From NCBI GenBank assembly GCA_964582295.1, contig CAZOQP010000002.1, positions 148,268 through 209,369 of the forward strand: a stretch of 61,102 nt of DNA, in the 5' to 3' direction. Positions 16,581 to 27,080 of this stretch are shown here, in pieces. Below the pieces are notes generated by a model. The model was not told where the DNA came from. It worked only from the letters and a program-made list of their open reading frames with translations, and did no database searches. The stretch comes from an uncultured Candidatus Saccharibacteria bacterium (GTDB lineage: Bacteria > Patescibacteriota > Minisyncoccia > Phycocordibacterales > Zambryskibacteraceae). Position 1 is the stretch's first letter, and the number at the start of each line of letters is the position of its first letter. The translations under genes were made by a program, and so were the position numbers.

Positions 16581-17846
16581 TTAAGCGGACATTTTATCCC
16601 TGCCGCCCATGAAGCTTCGCAAAACTTCCGGGATGACTACACTGCCGTCCGCCTGCTGATAATTTTCAACGAGGGATACAAGAATGCGCGGCGTGGGAAT
16701 GGCTGTTGAATTGAGCGAATGAGCATATCTCATGGTGCCATCTACATCTTTATAACGGATGTTCAAGCGACGGGTCTGGAAATCATGGAAATATGAGGCC
16801 GAGCTTATTTCGCGGTATTTTTCTTCCAAAGGAACCCACAGCTCTATGTCATATTTTTTTACCTGCCCTAATCCCAAATCGCCTCCACAATTTGCAACAG
16901 TGTGATACGGGATGCCTAGAGATTCAATGAACTCCTCTGTGTTGCGATTCAGGTCCTCGTGGTGCTTCACCGATTCTTCATGGCTCGCTTCGCAAAGAAT
17001 GACCTGCTCCAGCTTGAAGAATTCATGAACACGGATAAGACCCTTCACATCTTTGCTGTAGCTTCCCGCTTCGCGACGGAAACATGGCGAGAAGGAAAGA
17101 TATTTTTTAGGGAGTTCTTCTTTGGATAGCACTTCGTCTGCATGAAAACCCATAGTGGCAACTTCGGCCGTGCCGGCGAGATAATCCCCATCCTGAGTTT
17201 TATAAAGATCCTCTTCGCCTTGCGGAACAAAGCCGGTACCAAGAAGAGATTCCCGGCGTACAAGAGATGGCACTATCATGGGAGTAAATCCCTTGCCGAG
17301 GAAAAAATTGAGCCCGTATTGCCAGATAGCATAGGAAAGCAGGGCTCCGTCATTCTTCAAAAAATATCCGCGAAAGCCAGCCACTTTGGTGCCGCGCTCA
17401 AGATCTACCATGTCCAATGCTTTCATTATTTCAATGTGGCTTTTTGGTGTGAAATCGAATTTAGGAAGTTCCCCCCATTTTTTTATTTCCTGGTTATCCG
17501 CATCGGATTCCCCGTCCGGCACCGAAATATCAGGAACATTGGGGACCTGAAGCATTAGCTTCTGCCATTCAGCCATTACGGTTTTCAACTTCTCTTCCTC
17601 CTGCGACAGTTCCTCTTTGAGAACACGCATTTCCGAAAGCAGGGCTTCTTTTTCCGTCCCCGACATTTTTACTATCTCTCCACCAACTTCATTCTGGCGG
17701 GCGCGCTTTTTTTCAACCGCATCAAGAAGTGCCCGGCGTTCGTCGTCTATATTTAAAAGCTCCTGAATATCAAAATTTATGCGCTTCTTTTTGGCTGCCC
17801 CGGCGATCAGATCTTTATTTTCACGTATAAAACGAATATCCAGCAT
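16581..17846 (-). CDS. serS: Serine--tRNA ligase
   Basis: MLDIRFIREN, GTAEV, CFRREAGS, GLIRVHEF, EISSAS. Confidence 0.97.
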   Translation of the reverse strand: MLDIRFIRENKDLIAGAAKKKRINFDIQELLNIDDERRALLDAVEKKRARQNEVGGEIVKMSGTEKEALLSEMRVLKEELSQEEEKLKTVMAEWQKLMLQVPNVPDISVPDGESDADNQEIKKWGELPKFDFTPKSHIEIMKALDMVDLERGTKVAGFRGYFLKNDGALLSYAIWQYGLNFFLGKGFTPMIVPSLVRRESLLGTGFVPQGEEDLYKTQDGDYLAGTAEVATMGFHADEVLSKEELPKKYLSFSPCFRREAGSYSKDVKGLIRVHEFFKLEQVILCEASHEESVKHHEDLNRNTEEFIESLGIPYHTVANCGGDLGLGQVKKYDIELWVPLEEKYREISSASYFHDFQTRRLNIRYKDVDGTMRYAHSLNSTAIPTPRILVSLVENYQQADGSVVIPEVLRSFMGGRDKMSA

Positions 17847-17908
17847 GGGCTATATTCTAGCAAAGAAAAAGAAAGGGCGGTTCCGGCATACGCCGGAACC
17901 GCCCTTAT

Positions 17909-19042
17909 TTATCTCGGAGACTTCCCTGCCGCAATTCCGCGACTTGAATGCCGCTCGTCACCGGTAACTTCCTTGTATCTACCAAGAAATCTGGGAATGG
18001 TAAGCGGCGCCGAAAGATCTGCCATTTCGCACTCGAGTTTAGCTGACCAACTCACTTGCGGACGAAGGAAACAATCCACTTCATACTTCTGTCCGTTAAT
18101 GTAAAAGATGAAGCGAGTCTTAACGATAGTTTGAAGTGATCTATCCTTCTCATTGCTAAGCAGGCGGTCATATTCGGCCTTGCTGATCGGCGGCTCATTT
18201 TCGTGCCGCGAACCCGGCTTCCCGGCCGGTCTCTTTTCCGCGTAGTAATAGCTCTTATGGTCATCAACGGTTTCTATTCGCACTCGCCGTTCCAGTTCAG
18301 GATCGTCACTCACTAGATAATCCTGAACAATATGCTTCATCACCGTATCTGATGGAAGCCTATTACGCTCGAAATTGTCCAGAATAAACCATCTCTCATT
18401 CTCAAGAGGTTCGGGCATGTTTAGCACTCGGGCAAAATGTGAAAGAGCTCGACGCTTCTTTTCTTCGAACCCCGTGGAGTTGTCTACTATGAACAGATGC
18501 CTGTGATCTTTCCACGCATCACGAAGTCTCTTATCAAGTGCGCGTGCCTCTTCTGGAGGCTCAGTGCGATACGGGTTATTGTCAAAACTGTAAAACTCCT
18601 CTGCACCATCGGCGGCCGTTACCATGTGGATCACCGCCTTGTAACGATCTCTTAACGCATGGTGATTGAGATTGAACTCTTCGCACATACGAAGGTAATT
18701 CTCTCTCCCCACATATGCAATACCGTCCAGGATCCCTCTATCGCACAGAAGAACGAGTGGTTTATCCGTGTCTAGTGCGGTAAGCATCCGATAATATCGT
18801 TCTTCCTTATCGAGGGAGTAGACCATGAGGTGCCGCTGGAAATCAAAGTCCCTTAGCCATTTGTCCCGTGGCGCAAAACCTGCATCCATGAACCCTGTGG
18901 CTACTTCCGACATGCATGCGACGCGCATGCCCCAATCTTCACACAATCGTTTTGCAGCAGAGAGAATATCTGATTTACCACTGCAAGGTCCGCCGCCAAA
19001 GGCAATTGCTGAAAACCTCGGATCAAACCCAAATGAACTCAT
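17909..19042 (-). CDS. P-loop NTPase (AAA_28/Ttd14-like) fused to a CYTH-like domain
   Basis: GGPCSGKS, LCDRGILDG, VIHMVTAADGAEEFY; C-terminal E-N-E-R-W-F and RVRI, KTR, YEVD; start ATG 19042 with GGAG. Confidence 0.75.
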   Translation of the reverse strand: MSSFGFDPRFSAIAFGGGPCSGKSDILSAAKRLCEDWGMRVACMSEVATGFMDAGFAPRDKWLRDFDFQRHLMVYSLDKEERYYRMLTALDTDKPLVLLCDRGILDGIAYVGRENYLRMCEEFNLNHHALRDRYKAVIHMVTAADGAEEFYSFDNNPYRTEPPEEARALDKRLRDAWKDHRHLFIVDNSTGFEEKKRRALSHFARVLNMPEPLENERWFILDNFERNRLPSDTVMKHIVQDYLVSDDPELERRVRIETVDDHKSYYYAEKRPAGKPGSRHENEPPISKAEYDRLLSNEKDRSLQTIVKTRFIFYINGQKYEVDCFLRPQVSWSAKLECEMADLSAPLTIPRFLGRYKEVTGDERHSSRGIAAGKSPR

Positions 19043-19122
19043 TATCGTCTCCGTAATGGAAATGTTCAGTCCTATCGTAATAGTAGGGATACGGGGAAGC
19101 GTGTCAATGTTAGAATAATTGC

Positions 19123-20040
19123 ATGTCATACGAGATCCGGGATTTGCCGGCATTTGAATGGCCTTTTCTTTTAAAGCAGATACCGGATCCCCCCAAAACT
19201 TTGCGAGTAGCGGGAGTGCTTCCCCCGGCTGATTTCAAACTGCTCGCCATTGTGGGCTCGCGCGCCATGACGAATTACGGCCGCGAAGCCATTGAAAAAA
19301 TAGTGGGCTGGCTTCGCGGGGAACCTGTCTCAATTGTTTCCGGCCTTGCTTTAGGTGTGGATGCGGCCGCGCACCGCGCGGCTCTCCGCGAAGGACTGCA
19401 TACCATTGCTGTGCCAGGTTCTGGTTTGGATGGACGTGTGATATATCCGCGCAATAATGAAGCTCTTGCACGGGACATATTGGAAGCGGGCGGCGCTCTT
19501 CTTTCAGAATTTCCTGACGACTTTCGCCCACGCCCTGAAAGTTTTCCACAGCGGAATAGAATAATGGCGGGAATGTCCCATGCAACGCTTCTTATAGAAG
19601 CACAGGAACGTTCAGGCACGCTTATCACAGCGCGGCTCGCTCTTGATTACAACAGGAACATAGGAGTGGTACCCGGAAGCATCTTTTCAGCCCAGTCGCG
19701 CGGAGTGAACCGGCTCTTGCGGGAAGGCGCCTCTCCGATCTTGGACAAAGAGCATATTTTTGAATTACTAAAACTTCCGATGCCGGATGAAAGTGCCGCC
19801 TCAACGCCGAAACAAATGCTCCTTCTAGGTCTTACACCTGAAGAACAGGAAGTGGTGAACCTTTTGGAGCAAGGCGGAAAAAGCGCAGATGATCTTATTC
19901 AGGAGGCGTCCCTATCTCCCTCAACGGTGCTTGCTATCATTTCTTCTCTTTCAATAAAAGGCATCATTAAAGAAGAATTGGGACAAGTTGAATTGCGCAC
20001 AACTAACAGAGAAAATTTGGACAACAAGGATGAAGCGTGA
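19123..20040 (+). CDS. dprA: DNA-processing protein DprA
   Basis: IVGSR, VSGLALGVD, FPQRNRIMAG, SGTLITA, C-terminal winged helix. Confidence 0.95.
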   Translation: MSYEIRDLPAFEWPFLLKQIPDPPKTLRVAGVLPPADFKLLAIVGSRAMTNYGREAIEKIVGWLRGEPVSIVSGLALGVDAAAHRAALREGLHTIAVPGSGLDGRVIYPRNNEALARDILEAGGALLSEFPDDFRPRPESFPQRNRIMAGMSHATLLIEAQERSGTLITARLALDYNRNIGVVPGSIFSAQSRGVNRLLREGASPILDKEHIFELLKLPMPDESAASTPKQMLLLGLTPEEQEVVNLLEQGGKSADDLIQEASLSPSTVLAIISSLSIKGIIKEELGQVELRTTNRENLDNKDEA

Positions 20041-20055
20041 TACAAGTAAGAGCTA

Positions 20056-22266
20056 ATGACAAAATTAGTAATTGTTGAGTCCCCGTCAAAAGCGAAGACT
20101 ATTGGGAAATATTTGGGAGAAGATTACGACGTTGTCGCATCCGTCGGCCACGTGCGCGATCTTCCGAAATCCCAAAAGAAAGCTATCGATATTGAGGGCG
20201 GTTTTATTCCGCACTATGAGATATCCAAAGGCAAGGAACTGATAGTTGAAGATATAAAAAGGAGAGCTAAAAAGGCAGACGAAGTACTTTTGGCAACCGA
20301 CCCCGACCGTGAGGGAGAAGCAATTGCATGGCACATTGTAGAGGCCACAGGCCTATCAAATTCAAAGCACGAAGCACGAAATCCTAAAATAAAGCGCATA
20401 GTTTTCCACGAGATCACAAAAGAAGCGGTGAACGAAGCATTGGAGCATCCGCGCGAGATAGATGAAAAACTTAAAACCGCTCAGGAAGCACGCCGAGTTT
20501 TGGACCGGCTGGTGGGTTACGACCTCTCGGGACTTATCTGGAAAAAAGTGCGCTACGGCCTTTCAGCAGGACGCGTGCAATCGCCAGCCCTTCGTATCCT
20601 TGCGGAACGCGAAAGAGAAATAAAAGCTTTCGTATCACATCCTTTCTGGATAATCCGGGGAATTTTCAAAACAAGTAATAGCGAAGAGTTCACAGCCGAA
20701 AGTCCTGAAGAAGTTCTGGATGAAAAAGAAGCGGAGAGAATAGTAGAGGAAGGAAAAAAAGCCACATGGAGTGTTGCAGATGTTGAAGAAACGAAAGTAA
20801 TGCGCTCTCCCCGCCCGCCCTTTACCACATCCACTCTCCAGCAGGCCGCCTCGAGCCGTCTCGGCCTTTCCCCGTCAAACACTATGCGTATTGCCCAAAA
20901 GCTTTACGAAGCGGGTTATATCACTTATATGCGTACCGATTCCACAAACCTCGCCAATGCAGCGCTCGGCATGATAGCGGGCACTATTGAAAAGGAATTC
21001 GGAAAAGACATGCATCAGGCGCGCACTTTCAAAACTAAATCCAAGAATGCCCAGGAAGCACACGAAGCCATCCGCCCCACAAATATGGGAAAGAAATCCG
21101 CGGGCGGAACGGATGCGGAGAAAAAACTTTATACACTTATTTGGTCACGCACTGCCGCTTCGCAAATGAAAGATGCGGAAACTATGCGCACGTCCATTAC
21201 TGTGACCGCGGACAGTAATTTGCCGAAGCTTAAAGCCGTTGGAACCCGCGTCATTTCAGACGGATGGCTTTTAGCCGACCCGCGTGCAAAAGGTGAAGAT
21301 GTAATATTGCCGAAAATAGCCAAAGGCGAATCTCTTAAGACCAAAACATTTGAAAGTGAGAGAAAGGAAACTACTCCCCCGCCCCGTTATTCCGAAGCGG
21401 GTCTGGTGAAAGAGCTTGAAAAACGCGGTATCGGAAGGCCGTCCACATATGCATCTATCATTAAAACTTTGCTAGATCGCGAGTACGTCACAAAAGAAGG
21501 GCGCTCTTTGAAGCCGACAGACACAGGAGAGGTAGTATCTCAATTTTTGGAAGATAATTTCGCCACGTATATTTCAGATACTTTCACCGCAGAAATGGAA
21601 GATGAACTGGACGATATCGCTCTAGGTAAGCGTGAATACGTGAAAACTCTTTCGGATTTTTATACGGTGTTCGCAAAAGATGTGAAGGAGAAATCAACGA
21701 GCGCCAAAATAACGAATCTCGGGGATGCGGATGCAAAATATGTCTGCCCTAAATGCGGAAGTGCAATGGTGGTGAAGCTTTCGCGTGCAGGCAGATTCCT
21801 TTCCTGTTCGCGTTTCCCTGAATGCGACGGAGCACTCACAATAGACGGCGAGGAAATGCCGAAAGATAAAGAAATAGGTGTGCACCCTGAAAGCGGACTG
21901 ACTATTTTTATGAAAACAGGACGCTTCGGTCCGTATGTTCAGGTGGGAGAAATGCCTACAGGAAAAGGAGCGAGCAAAAAAGAAAAACCAAAACGGGCTT
22001 CCATACCAAAAGACAAAAACCTTGATGAAGTGACACTGGAAGATGCGCTTGTTTATCTTTCTCTTCCGCGTCTCCTCGGTACTCATCCAGAAACGGGGGC
22101 GACTATCACGGCCAATGTCGGCCGCTTCGGGCCGTACATCGTGCATGAAAAAGATTTCCGCTCTCTCAAAAAAGATGACGTGTACACTATTTCCCTTGAG
22201 CGTGCTTTGGAGATACTTAAAGAACCGAAAAAGGTAGGACGCGGAAGATTTGCGAAGAAGAAGTAA
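20056..22266 (+). CDS. topA: DNA topoisomerase I
   Basis: LVIVESPSKAKTI, DPDREGEAI, AGRVQS, ITYMRTDS, Zn ribbon, C-terminal GRFGPY repeats. Confidence 0.97.
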   Translation: MTKLVIVESPSKAKTIGKYLGEDYDVVASVGHVRDLPKSQKKAIDIEGGFIPHYEISKGKELIVEDIKRRAKKADEVLLATDPDREGEAIAWHIVEATGLSNSKHEARNPKIKRIVFHEITKEAVNEALEHPREIDEKLKTAQEARRVLDRLVGYDLSGLIWKKVRYGLSAGRVQSPALRILAEREREIKAFVSHPFWIIRGIFKTSNSEEFTAESPEEVLDEKEAERIVEEGKKATWSVADVEETKVMRSPRPPFTTSTLQQAASSRLGLSPSNTMRIAQKLYEAGYITYMRTDSTNLANAALGMIAGTIEKEFGKDMHQARTFKTKSKNAQEAHEAIRPTNMGKKSAGGTDAEKKLYTLIWSRTAASQMKDAETMRTSITVTADSNLPKLKAVGTRVISDGWLLADPRAKGEDVILPKIAKGESLKTKTFESERKETTPPPRYSEAGLVKELEKRGIGRPSTYASIIKTLLDREYVTKEGRSLKPTDTGEVVSQFLEDNFATYISDTFTAEMEDELDDIALGKREYVKTLSDFYTVFAKDVKEKSTSAKITNLGDADAKYVCPKCGSAMVVKLSRAGRFLSCSRFPECDGALTIDGEEMPKDKEIGVHPESGLTIFMKTGRFGPYVQVGEMPTGKGASKKEKPKRASIPKDKNLDEVTLEDALVYLSLPRLLGTHPETGATITANVGRFGPYIVHEKDFRSLKKDDVYTISLERALEILKEPKKVGRGRFAKKK

Positions 22267-22353
22267 GTTGACTTTATAGCTAAAAAGCGTAGAAATGGGG
22301 GCGGAAGGTCTTTTATATCACTACAACTTCATCACCTACAACAGGAGTGCATC

Positions 22354-23823
22354 ATGCACGTCGATTTCGGCATCATGGGTAGAGAGCTTGGCATCCGTCC
22401 TGACGGCATCCGAATCGCCCTCGGAATCCCGACCAAACTTCAGAGATTAGTACGCTCTGCCATCGTCTTCGAAGACATCGCGGCACTGAATAACGAATTT
22501 GTGGAGGGGGACCGTTATAGAAATTGCGGCCCCAAGTTCGAGCAAGCTGAGAAAGAGGAGTATCTCGCCCGCAGGACCGAGCTCTTCCCTGCCTATCTCG
22601 CACGCTTTGAGACAATCGAGAGCTTCAAGGAATTCGGAATGAGTCCTGGGGGCTTCCGTATCACAAGCAACGAGGAGGCTTCAGAAGCATCAGAGAAATT
22701 CTGTGGGCTCTTCAAAAGTGAGATTGAAAAAGCTAAGAAGCTGTCTGAAGGAAAGCTCGAGCGTCTGATGGAAATCCGTGCATCAATCTCACTCTTCGTT
22801 CAACAGATTGAAGATGGCAGAGAGCACGGTGGAATTTCAGTCTATAGGGCTTTACAAAACGCTATGGACAGTATCCGAGACGCCTTCCGCGATGAACTCC
22901 GAGTCGCGAATGACAAGGGTGTCACCCAGATGATCCTTGTATTCAAGAAACTCGGCAACGGTCTCTCAAGAAGCGACCTTGGAGACAGGCATTCAGTTAA
23001 TCACGAACTTCCTTGGAGCATTCTCTGGAGGAGTGCTGCAACCATGGAGGAAATATTCCTCATTGAGAAGGAAGTTCCAAATAGCTTTTTGGACGAAAAA
23101 GAAATTGAGAATTGTCTCGCAAATCTGTCCGAGAATGCAATCGAGGGAGAAAAATCCTTTGAAGCAGCTTTTGCCAAAGCAAAGCTCCTAAGCGGGCGAG
23201 ATGGCTACCGAGCAAGTCGGGCATACAGCCGGGCATTGACCGTGGCAGCAGGAAAAATCCGTTTTAAGAGCCAGTTGCGGCAATTCATCGCCGTTTGGGA
23301 GACACGAAAAGAGGGCAGATCAATATCTGGCGACGAAAAGTATCCCACTCTCCCTGATTCTGTCCTCAAGAAGTGGAACTATTTCTTCCTCAAGCGTGCC
23401 GAGAGTGAGCAGAACCTCTCTAAGCTCGCCCAACTGATGGATGAATCGCCGTGGAGCTCGAAGACCAAACAAGTCGCTTCCAAACGACTTCAAGATCACT
23501 TCGCTCGGGAGCTCGCTCAAGCGCAGACCGAGAAGGAAGCTGAACGCGTATCGAAAGATGCCAAGGCTCTTTCAATATACATTCTTGTTCCTGCGTACCA
23601 ACGCAAAATGGATATTCGCGGGGAGCACAACGCAGAGCGGATCCGCAGTCTCTGGGAGACAATCGAACGCGGCGATACCGTTGATGATGAGAAGAAGGTG
23701 CTTATCGGCCTCTTCCATGAGTTCAAGGCGTCTGATCCGGAGAAAGCCCGAAATGTTCTTATCCGGCTAGCTCGGCACTTCCCGGCTGAGACGGTTGATG
23801 AAATTCCGACTGAAGCATTGTAG
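22354..23823 (+). CDS. Hypothetical helical protein (489 aa)
   Basis: Long ORF with SD AGGAG and its own downstream hairpin (CCCGCGCGGC-ACA-GCCGCGCGGG); no recognised motif. Confidence 0.75.
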   Translation: MHVDFGIMGRELGIRPDGIRIALGIPTKLQRLVRSAIVFEDIAALNNEFVEGDRYRNCGPKFEQAEKEEYLARRTELFPAYLARFETIESFKEFGMSPGGFRITSNEEASEASEKFCGLFKSEIEKAKKLSEGKLERLMEIRASISLFVQQIEDGREHGGISVYRALQNAMDSIRDAFRDELRVANDKGVTQMILVFKKLGNGLSRSDLGDRHSVNHELPWSILWRSAATMEEIFLIEKEVPNSFLDEKEIENCLANLSENAIEGEKSFEAAFAKAKLLSGRDGYRASRAYSRALTVAAGKIRFKSQLRQFIAVWETRKEGRSISGDEKYPTLPDSVLKKWNYFFLKRAESEQNLSKLAQLMDESPWSSKTKQVASKRLQDHFARELAQAQTEKEAERVSKDAKALSIYILVPAYQRKMDIRGEHNAERIRSLWETIERGDTVDDEKKVLIGLFHEFKASDPEKARNVLIRLARHFPAETVDEIPTEAL

Positions 23824-23877
23824 TGATCACAACATGTACATACAATCCCGCGCGGCACAGCCGCGCGGGGTTTCTTT

Positions 23878-24858
23878 TTATACCGTAAAGTTTTTTACGG
23901 AGTACAGATCGCTGTCGTCTTGTTTTATTTCCTCGGAAGAACGATCGTCAACAGGTGCTTGGGGAAGTTCTTCCGCAAGGGCGATTTGCTTTTCCTCGGC
24001 TTTGTCTAACATTGCATTTTTGTGAGTTGCCTGCCCTTTTCGCAAAAGCTCCGCGATACCTTCCAGGTCGTCGTAATCAAAAAAATCAATAAGTATCTTG
24101 CCGCCTTTTTCACGTCTTTCAATATAAACGCGGGTACCCAAAGCTTCCTGAAGTTTCTCTTCCATATCCGCAAGAGCCGGGTCCTTCATAAGTTCTTTTT
24201 TGCGGGCACGCTCAAAAGCGATAGAGCGGGATATCCTCTCCGCTTCACGCACAGACATCTTCTTTATCATAATCTCGCGGAAGAGTGTCATCTGCTCCTC
24301 CGGCTTGTCTATAAGCATCATCAAAGGGCGTGTGTGGCCTTCGGATATCTTGCCTTCCGAAAGCGCATCCACTATTTCCACGGGTAGTGTGAGGATGCGC
24401 ATGGTATTCGTAACGTATTCGCGGCTCTTCCCTACTTTTTTTGCTATCTCGTTGTGCTTGAAGCCAAATTCTTTTGCCAGCCGATCAAAAGCGCGGGCGC
24501 GGTCAACAACATTCAGGTCCTGCCTTTGAATATTCTCAATAATGGCAAGCTCCAATTTCATGAGATCAGATTCCTCCCCCACCTTAATAAGAACGGGCAC
24601 CTGGAAAAGTCCGGCCAGGCGAGCGGCACGCAAACGCCTTTCGCCTGCGATGAGCTCGTATTCAACACTTAGTCCACCATCTTCTTTTTGTAGCTCTTTG
24701 CGTGTTACCACAAGCGCCTGCAATACGCCATATTGGCGTATTGAATCGGCAAGCGACCGAAGCTCATCTTCGGAAAATTCCCGGCGTGGCTGGAAGGGGT
24801 TGGGTTTTATTTTCTCAACCTCTATCCAAAAAATCTTATCTTCATAGAAACGCGACAT
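23878..24858 (-). CDS. parB: ParB/Spo0J family partition protein
   Basis: PNPFQPRREF, IAGERRLRAA, IENIQRQDLN, HTH; true start ATG 24858 because the longer ORF overlaps tRNA-Leu. Confidence 0.92.
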   Translation of the reverse strand: MSRFYEDKIFWIEVEKIKPNPFQPRREFSEDELRSLADSIRQYGVLQALVVTRKELQKEDGGLSVEYELIAGERRLRAARLAGLFQVPVLIKVGEESDLMKLELAIIENIQRQDLNVVDRARAFDRLAKEFGFKHNEIAKKVGKSREYVTNTMRILTLPVEIVDALSEGKISEGHTRPLMMLIDKPEEQMTLFREIMIKKMSVREAERISRSIAFERARKKELMKDPALADMEEKLQEALGTRVYIERREKGGKILIDFFDYDDLEGIAELLRKGQATHKNAMLDKAEEKQIALAEELPQAPVDDRSSEEIKQDDSDLYSVKNFTV

Positions 24859-24912
24859 GGGAATATTGTAACATTGCGAAAAGGAATGTATCGTGTTCAA
24901 CGTAGAGTTATT

Positions 24913-24998
24913 GCTGGGATGGCGGAATGGCAGACGCGATGGACTCAAAATCCATTGTCCGCAAGGATGTGAGGGTTCAAGTCCCTCTCCCAGCACCA
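24913..24998 (+). tRNA. tRNA-Leu(CAA)
   Basis: GCTGGGA/TCCCAGC, ATGGA-CTCAAAA-TCCAT, long variable arm, encoded CCA. Confidence 0.95.
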
Positions 24999-25093
24999 AA
25001 TAAACTTCTTTGTTTTGGGTGATTTTTAGGCCCAAACTAAGCCGTTTTTGGGAGGTACTTGACAAATACCTTTAATGGGTGTATAGTGGTAAT

Positions 25094-25666
25094 ATGGATA
25101 CAGTTTTGAGAAATGACTTCCAAATACACAAGGAGAATAGCACTCCGGCGTGGCATGTGAGCCTTCAGGCCTTTCTTGCGCTTTTTGTGCTTATTCTTCT
25201 TCCTCTTGTTTTCAGCGCTAAATCTTTTGTGGTAGCGCTCCTTTCCCCTTCTCCTGAAAAAGAAACACCGAAAGAGGAAGTGGCTTCTGCCAATCCTACA
25301 TTCGCACGTTTTCTTGCGACCGTCGTATTCGGTGTGGGTGAGGAAAATATCGTAATGAATGAGGAGACCGGCGAGGAACATATCATTCTTCCTTATGGCG
25401 GAAACGTGGACAGCGGAGGAAATATTTCTGCAGGCGGTGCCGTGCAAAGCGGCGGGTGGACAACCCAGCCCACGACCGACGGAAGTTTTGACACTATCAG
25501 AAGCGGCGGACGTGTGCGCGATACCGGAGGCAATATTCCAAGTGGTGGTGATATAAGCAACGGTGGCACTGCGAACGCGGGTGGCAATGTCCCTGCAGGA
25601 GGTGGTATTTCTTCAGGAGGAAGCATATCCGCTGGTGGTTCAATTCCTTCGGGAGGCAGCATCTAA
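25094..25666 (+). CDS. Membrane protein with Gly-rich hexapeptide repeats
   Basis: TM helix then (x)GG(x)I/V(x) repeats; TTGACA-N17-TATAGT-N6-ATG. Confidence 0.75.
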   Translation: MDTVLRNDFQIHKENSTPAWHVSLQAFLALFVLILLPLVFSAKSFVVALLSPSPEKETPKEEVASANPTFARFLATVVFGVGEENIVMNEETGEEHIILPYGGNVDSGGNISAGGAVQSGGWTTQPTTDGSFDTIRSGGRVRDTGGNIPSGGDISNGGTANAGGNVPAGGGISSGGSISAGGSIPSGGSI

Positions 25667-25687
25667 CTCAAGCTTCTATTTAAGAGC

Positions 25688-25727
25688 AACACAAAAATCC
25701 TCCGCAATAGCGGAGGATTTTTGTGTT
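25688..25727. terminator. Hairpin (CACAAAAAT family)
   Basis: AACACAAAAATCCTCCGC-AATA-GCGGAGGATTTTTGTGTT. Confidence 0.75.
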
Positions 25728-25740
25728 ATAACATTCCGGC

Positions 25741-26646
25741 ATGAAGAAAATTAAAGTTATTGCGATAGTCGGCCCGACGGCACTTGGCAAAAGCGAACTC
25801 GCCGTGTTTTTGGCGAGGAAATTGAATGGCGAAGTGGTCTCGGCCGATTCTCGTCAAGTGTACCAAGGCATGGACATAGGCACGGGAAAAATCACACCCA
25901 AAGATATGAAAGGTATTCCTCACCACATGCTTGATATCGCCAGCCCCAAGAGACGCATAACGGTAGTGAAGTATGCCGCGCTTGCGCGGCGCGCGATAGG
26001 AGATATCGCGCGCCGCGGCAACGTACCAATCGTTTGTGGCGGAAGTGGTTTTTATATTGAAGAATTACTTTTCCCCTCTTCTCTTCCCAATGTTCCGGCA
26101 GATAAAAAACTTCGGGCGAAACTTTCCAAAATGAGTACGGAAAAACTTTTCGCCAAGCTTATGAAAAAAGACCCGAGACGCGCTAAAACCCTGGACCCGA
26201 AAAATAAAGTGCGTATCATCAGGGCGCTTGAGATAACTGAAGCTCTTGGCCGGGTACCAAAACGAAAGAAGGGGCAGAGCCCTTACAAAGTGCTCACTAT
26301 AGGGCTTGATGCGCCTATAGAAACCATACGCTCAAAAGTGCAGAGACGTCTGCGGAAAAGGATGAATGCGGGGCTCGTAGCTGAAGGAAAGAAGCTTCAA
26401 AAGAAAAGTCTTACTTTTAAAGCAATGGAAAGTTTTGGCCTTGAATATAAATGGCTTTCCCTTTTCATACAAAAGAAAATTGATAGGAAGGAATTCATGG
26501 AAGGGCTTGAAAAAGATATCGTAGCTTATGCAAAACGGCAAAAAACATGGTTCCGTGCGAAAAAGAATATTTATTGGCTTGAGGCGGATAACAAAAAGAT
26601 ACGTACAAAATCACTCACCCTCGCCAAGCAATTCCTGGACAAATAA
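25741..26646 (+). CDS. miaA: tRNA dimethylallyltransferase
   Basis: GPTALGKS, SADSRQVYQGMDIGTGK, PHHMLD, YAKRQKTWF. Confidence 0.96.
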   Translation: MKKIKVIAIVGPTALGKSELAVFLARKLNGEVVSADSRQVYQGMDIGTGKITPKDMKGIPHHMLDIASPKRRITVVKYAALARRAIGDIARRGNVPIVCGGSGFYIEELLFPSSLPNVPADKKLRAKLSKMSTEKLFAKLMKKDPRRAKTLDPKNKVRIIRALEITEALGRVPKRKKGQSPYKVLTIGLDAPIETIRSKVQRRLRKRMNAGLVAEGKKLQKKSLTFKAMESFGLEYKWLSLFIQKKIDRKEFMEGLEKDIVAYAKRQKTWFRAKKNIYWLEADNKKIRTKSLTLAKQFLDK

Positions 26647-26694
26647 AAATTGTACAGGTAATCTCTGTGAGGAAACCACCTTCCGGAGGGAATA

Positions 26695-26847
26695 ATGAAG
26701 AGGCAATTAGTGCTCGGTGCAATACTCGTATTGGTAGGTATCGCACCAGACTTAATGAGCGTCCTTTTTTTCGGGGTTGTAACGGTTCTTTTTGCCGCAT
26801 TGCTGACGACCATGATGCGGTCAAGCTCAAGAAAGGACACTACCTGA
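26695..26847 (+). CDS. Small two-TM membrane protein (50 aa), not in the ORF track
   Basis: SD GGAGGG; MKRQLVLGAILVLVGIAPDLMSVLFFGVVTVLFAALLTTMMRSSSRKDTT*. Confidence 0.6.
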   Translation: MKRQLVLGAILVLVGIAPDLMSVLFFGVVTVLFAALLTTMMRSSSRKDTT

Positions 26848-26901
26848 AAGACGGGGGTAACACGTCACACTAGCGAATTTGCTGGGTGACGTGTTTTCAA
26901 T

Positions 26902-27080
26902 TGGCGGGCGGTGGAGGAATCGGCGACAGCTCACTAATTCGCCCTGTCCATTTTGGCGGGGCTCATAAGTGGCTCCTGCCCGGGCTCGTCCCGCGTAGCG
27001 GGACTCCGCCTTTCGATTCCTCACCATCCTCGCAACGATGAACCGCTCAAATAGCCCCCGGCTATTCTCGCGGGTCATTG
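26902..27080 (-). mobile_element. tRNA-Trp 3'-anchored mini-element (176-bp repeat spacing)
   Basis: 19-bp direct repeat of the tRNA 3' end (26904-26922 vs 27080-27098) plus an inverted T-arm copy at 27012-27025. Confidence 0.55.

Noticed and set aside
24859-25065. N-terminal extension of ParB in the ORF track
   Set aside because: It overlaps tRNA-Leu(CAA) on the other strand, and a leaderless-type promoter sits directly before ATG 24858.
23824-25090. parS site near parB
   Set aside because: No TGTTTCACGTGAAACA-like palindrome was seen by eye.
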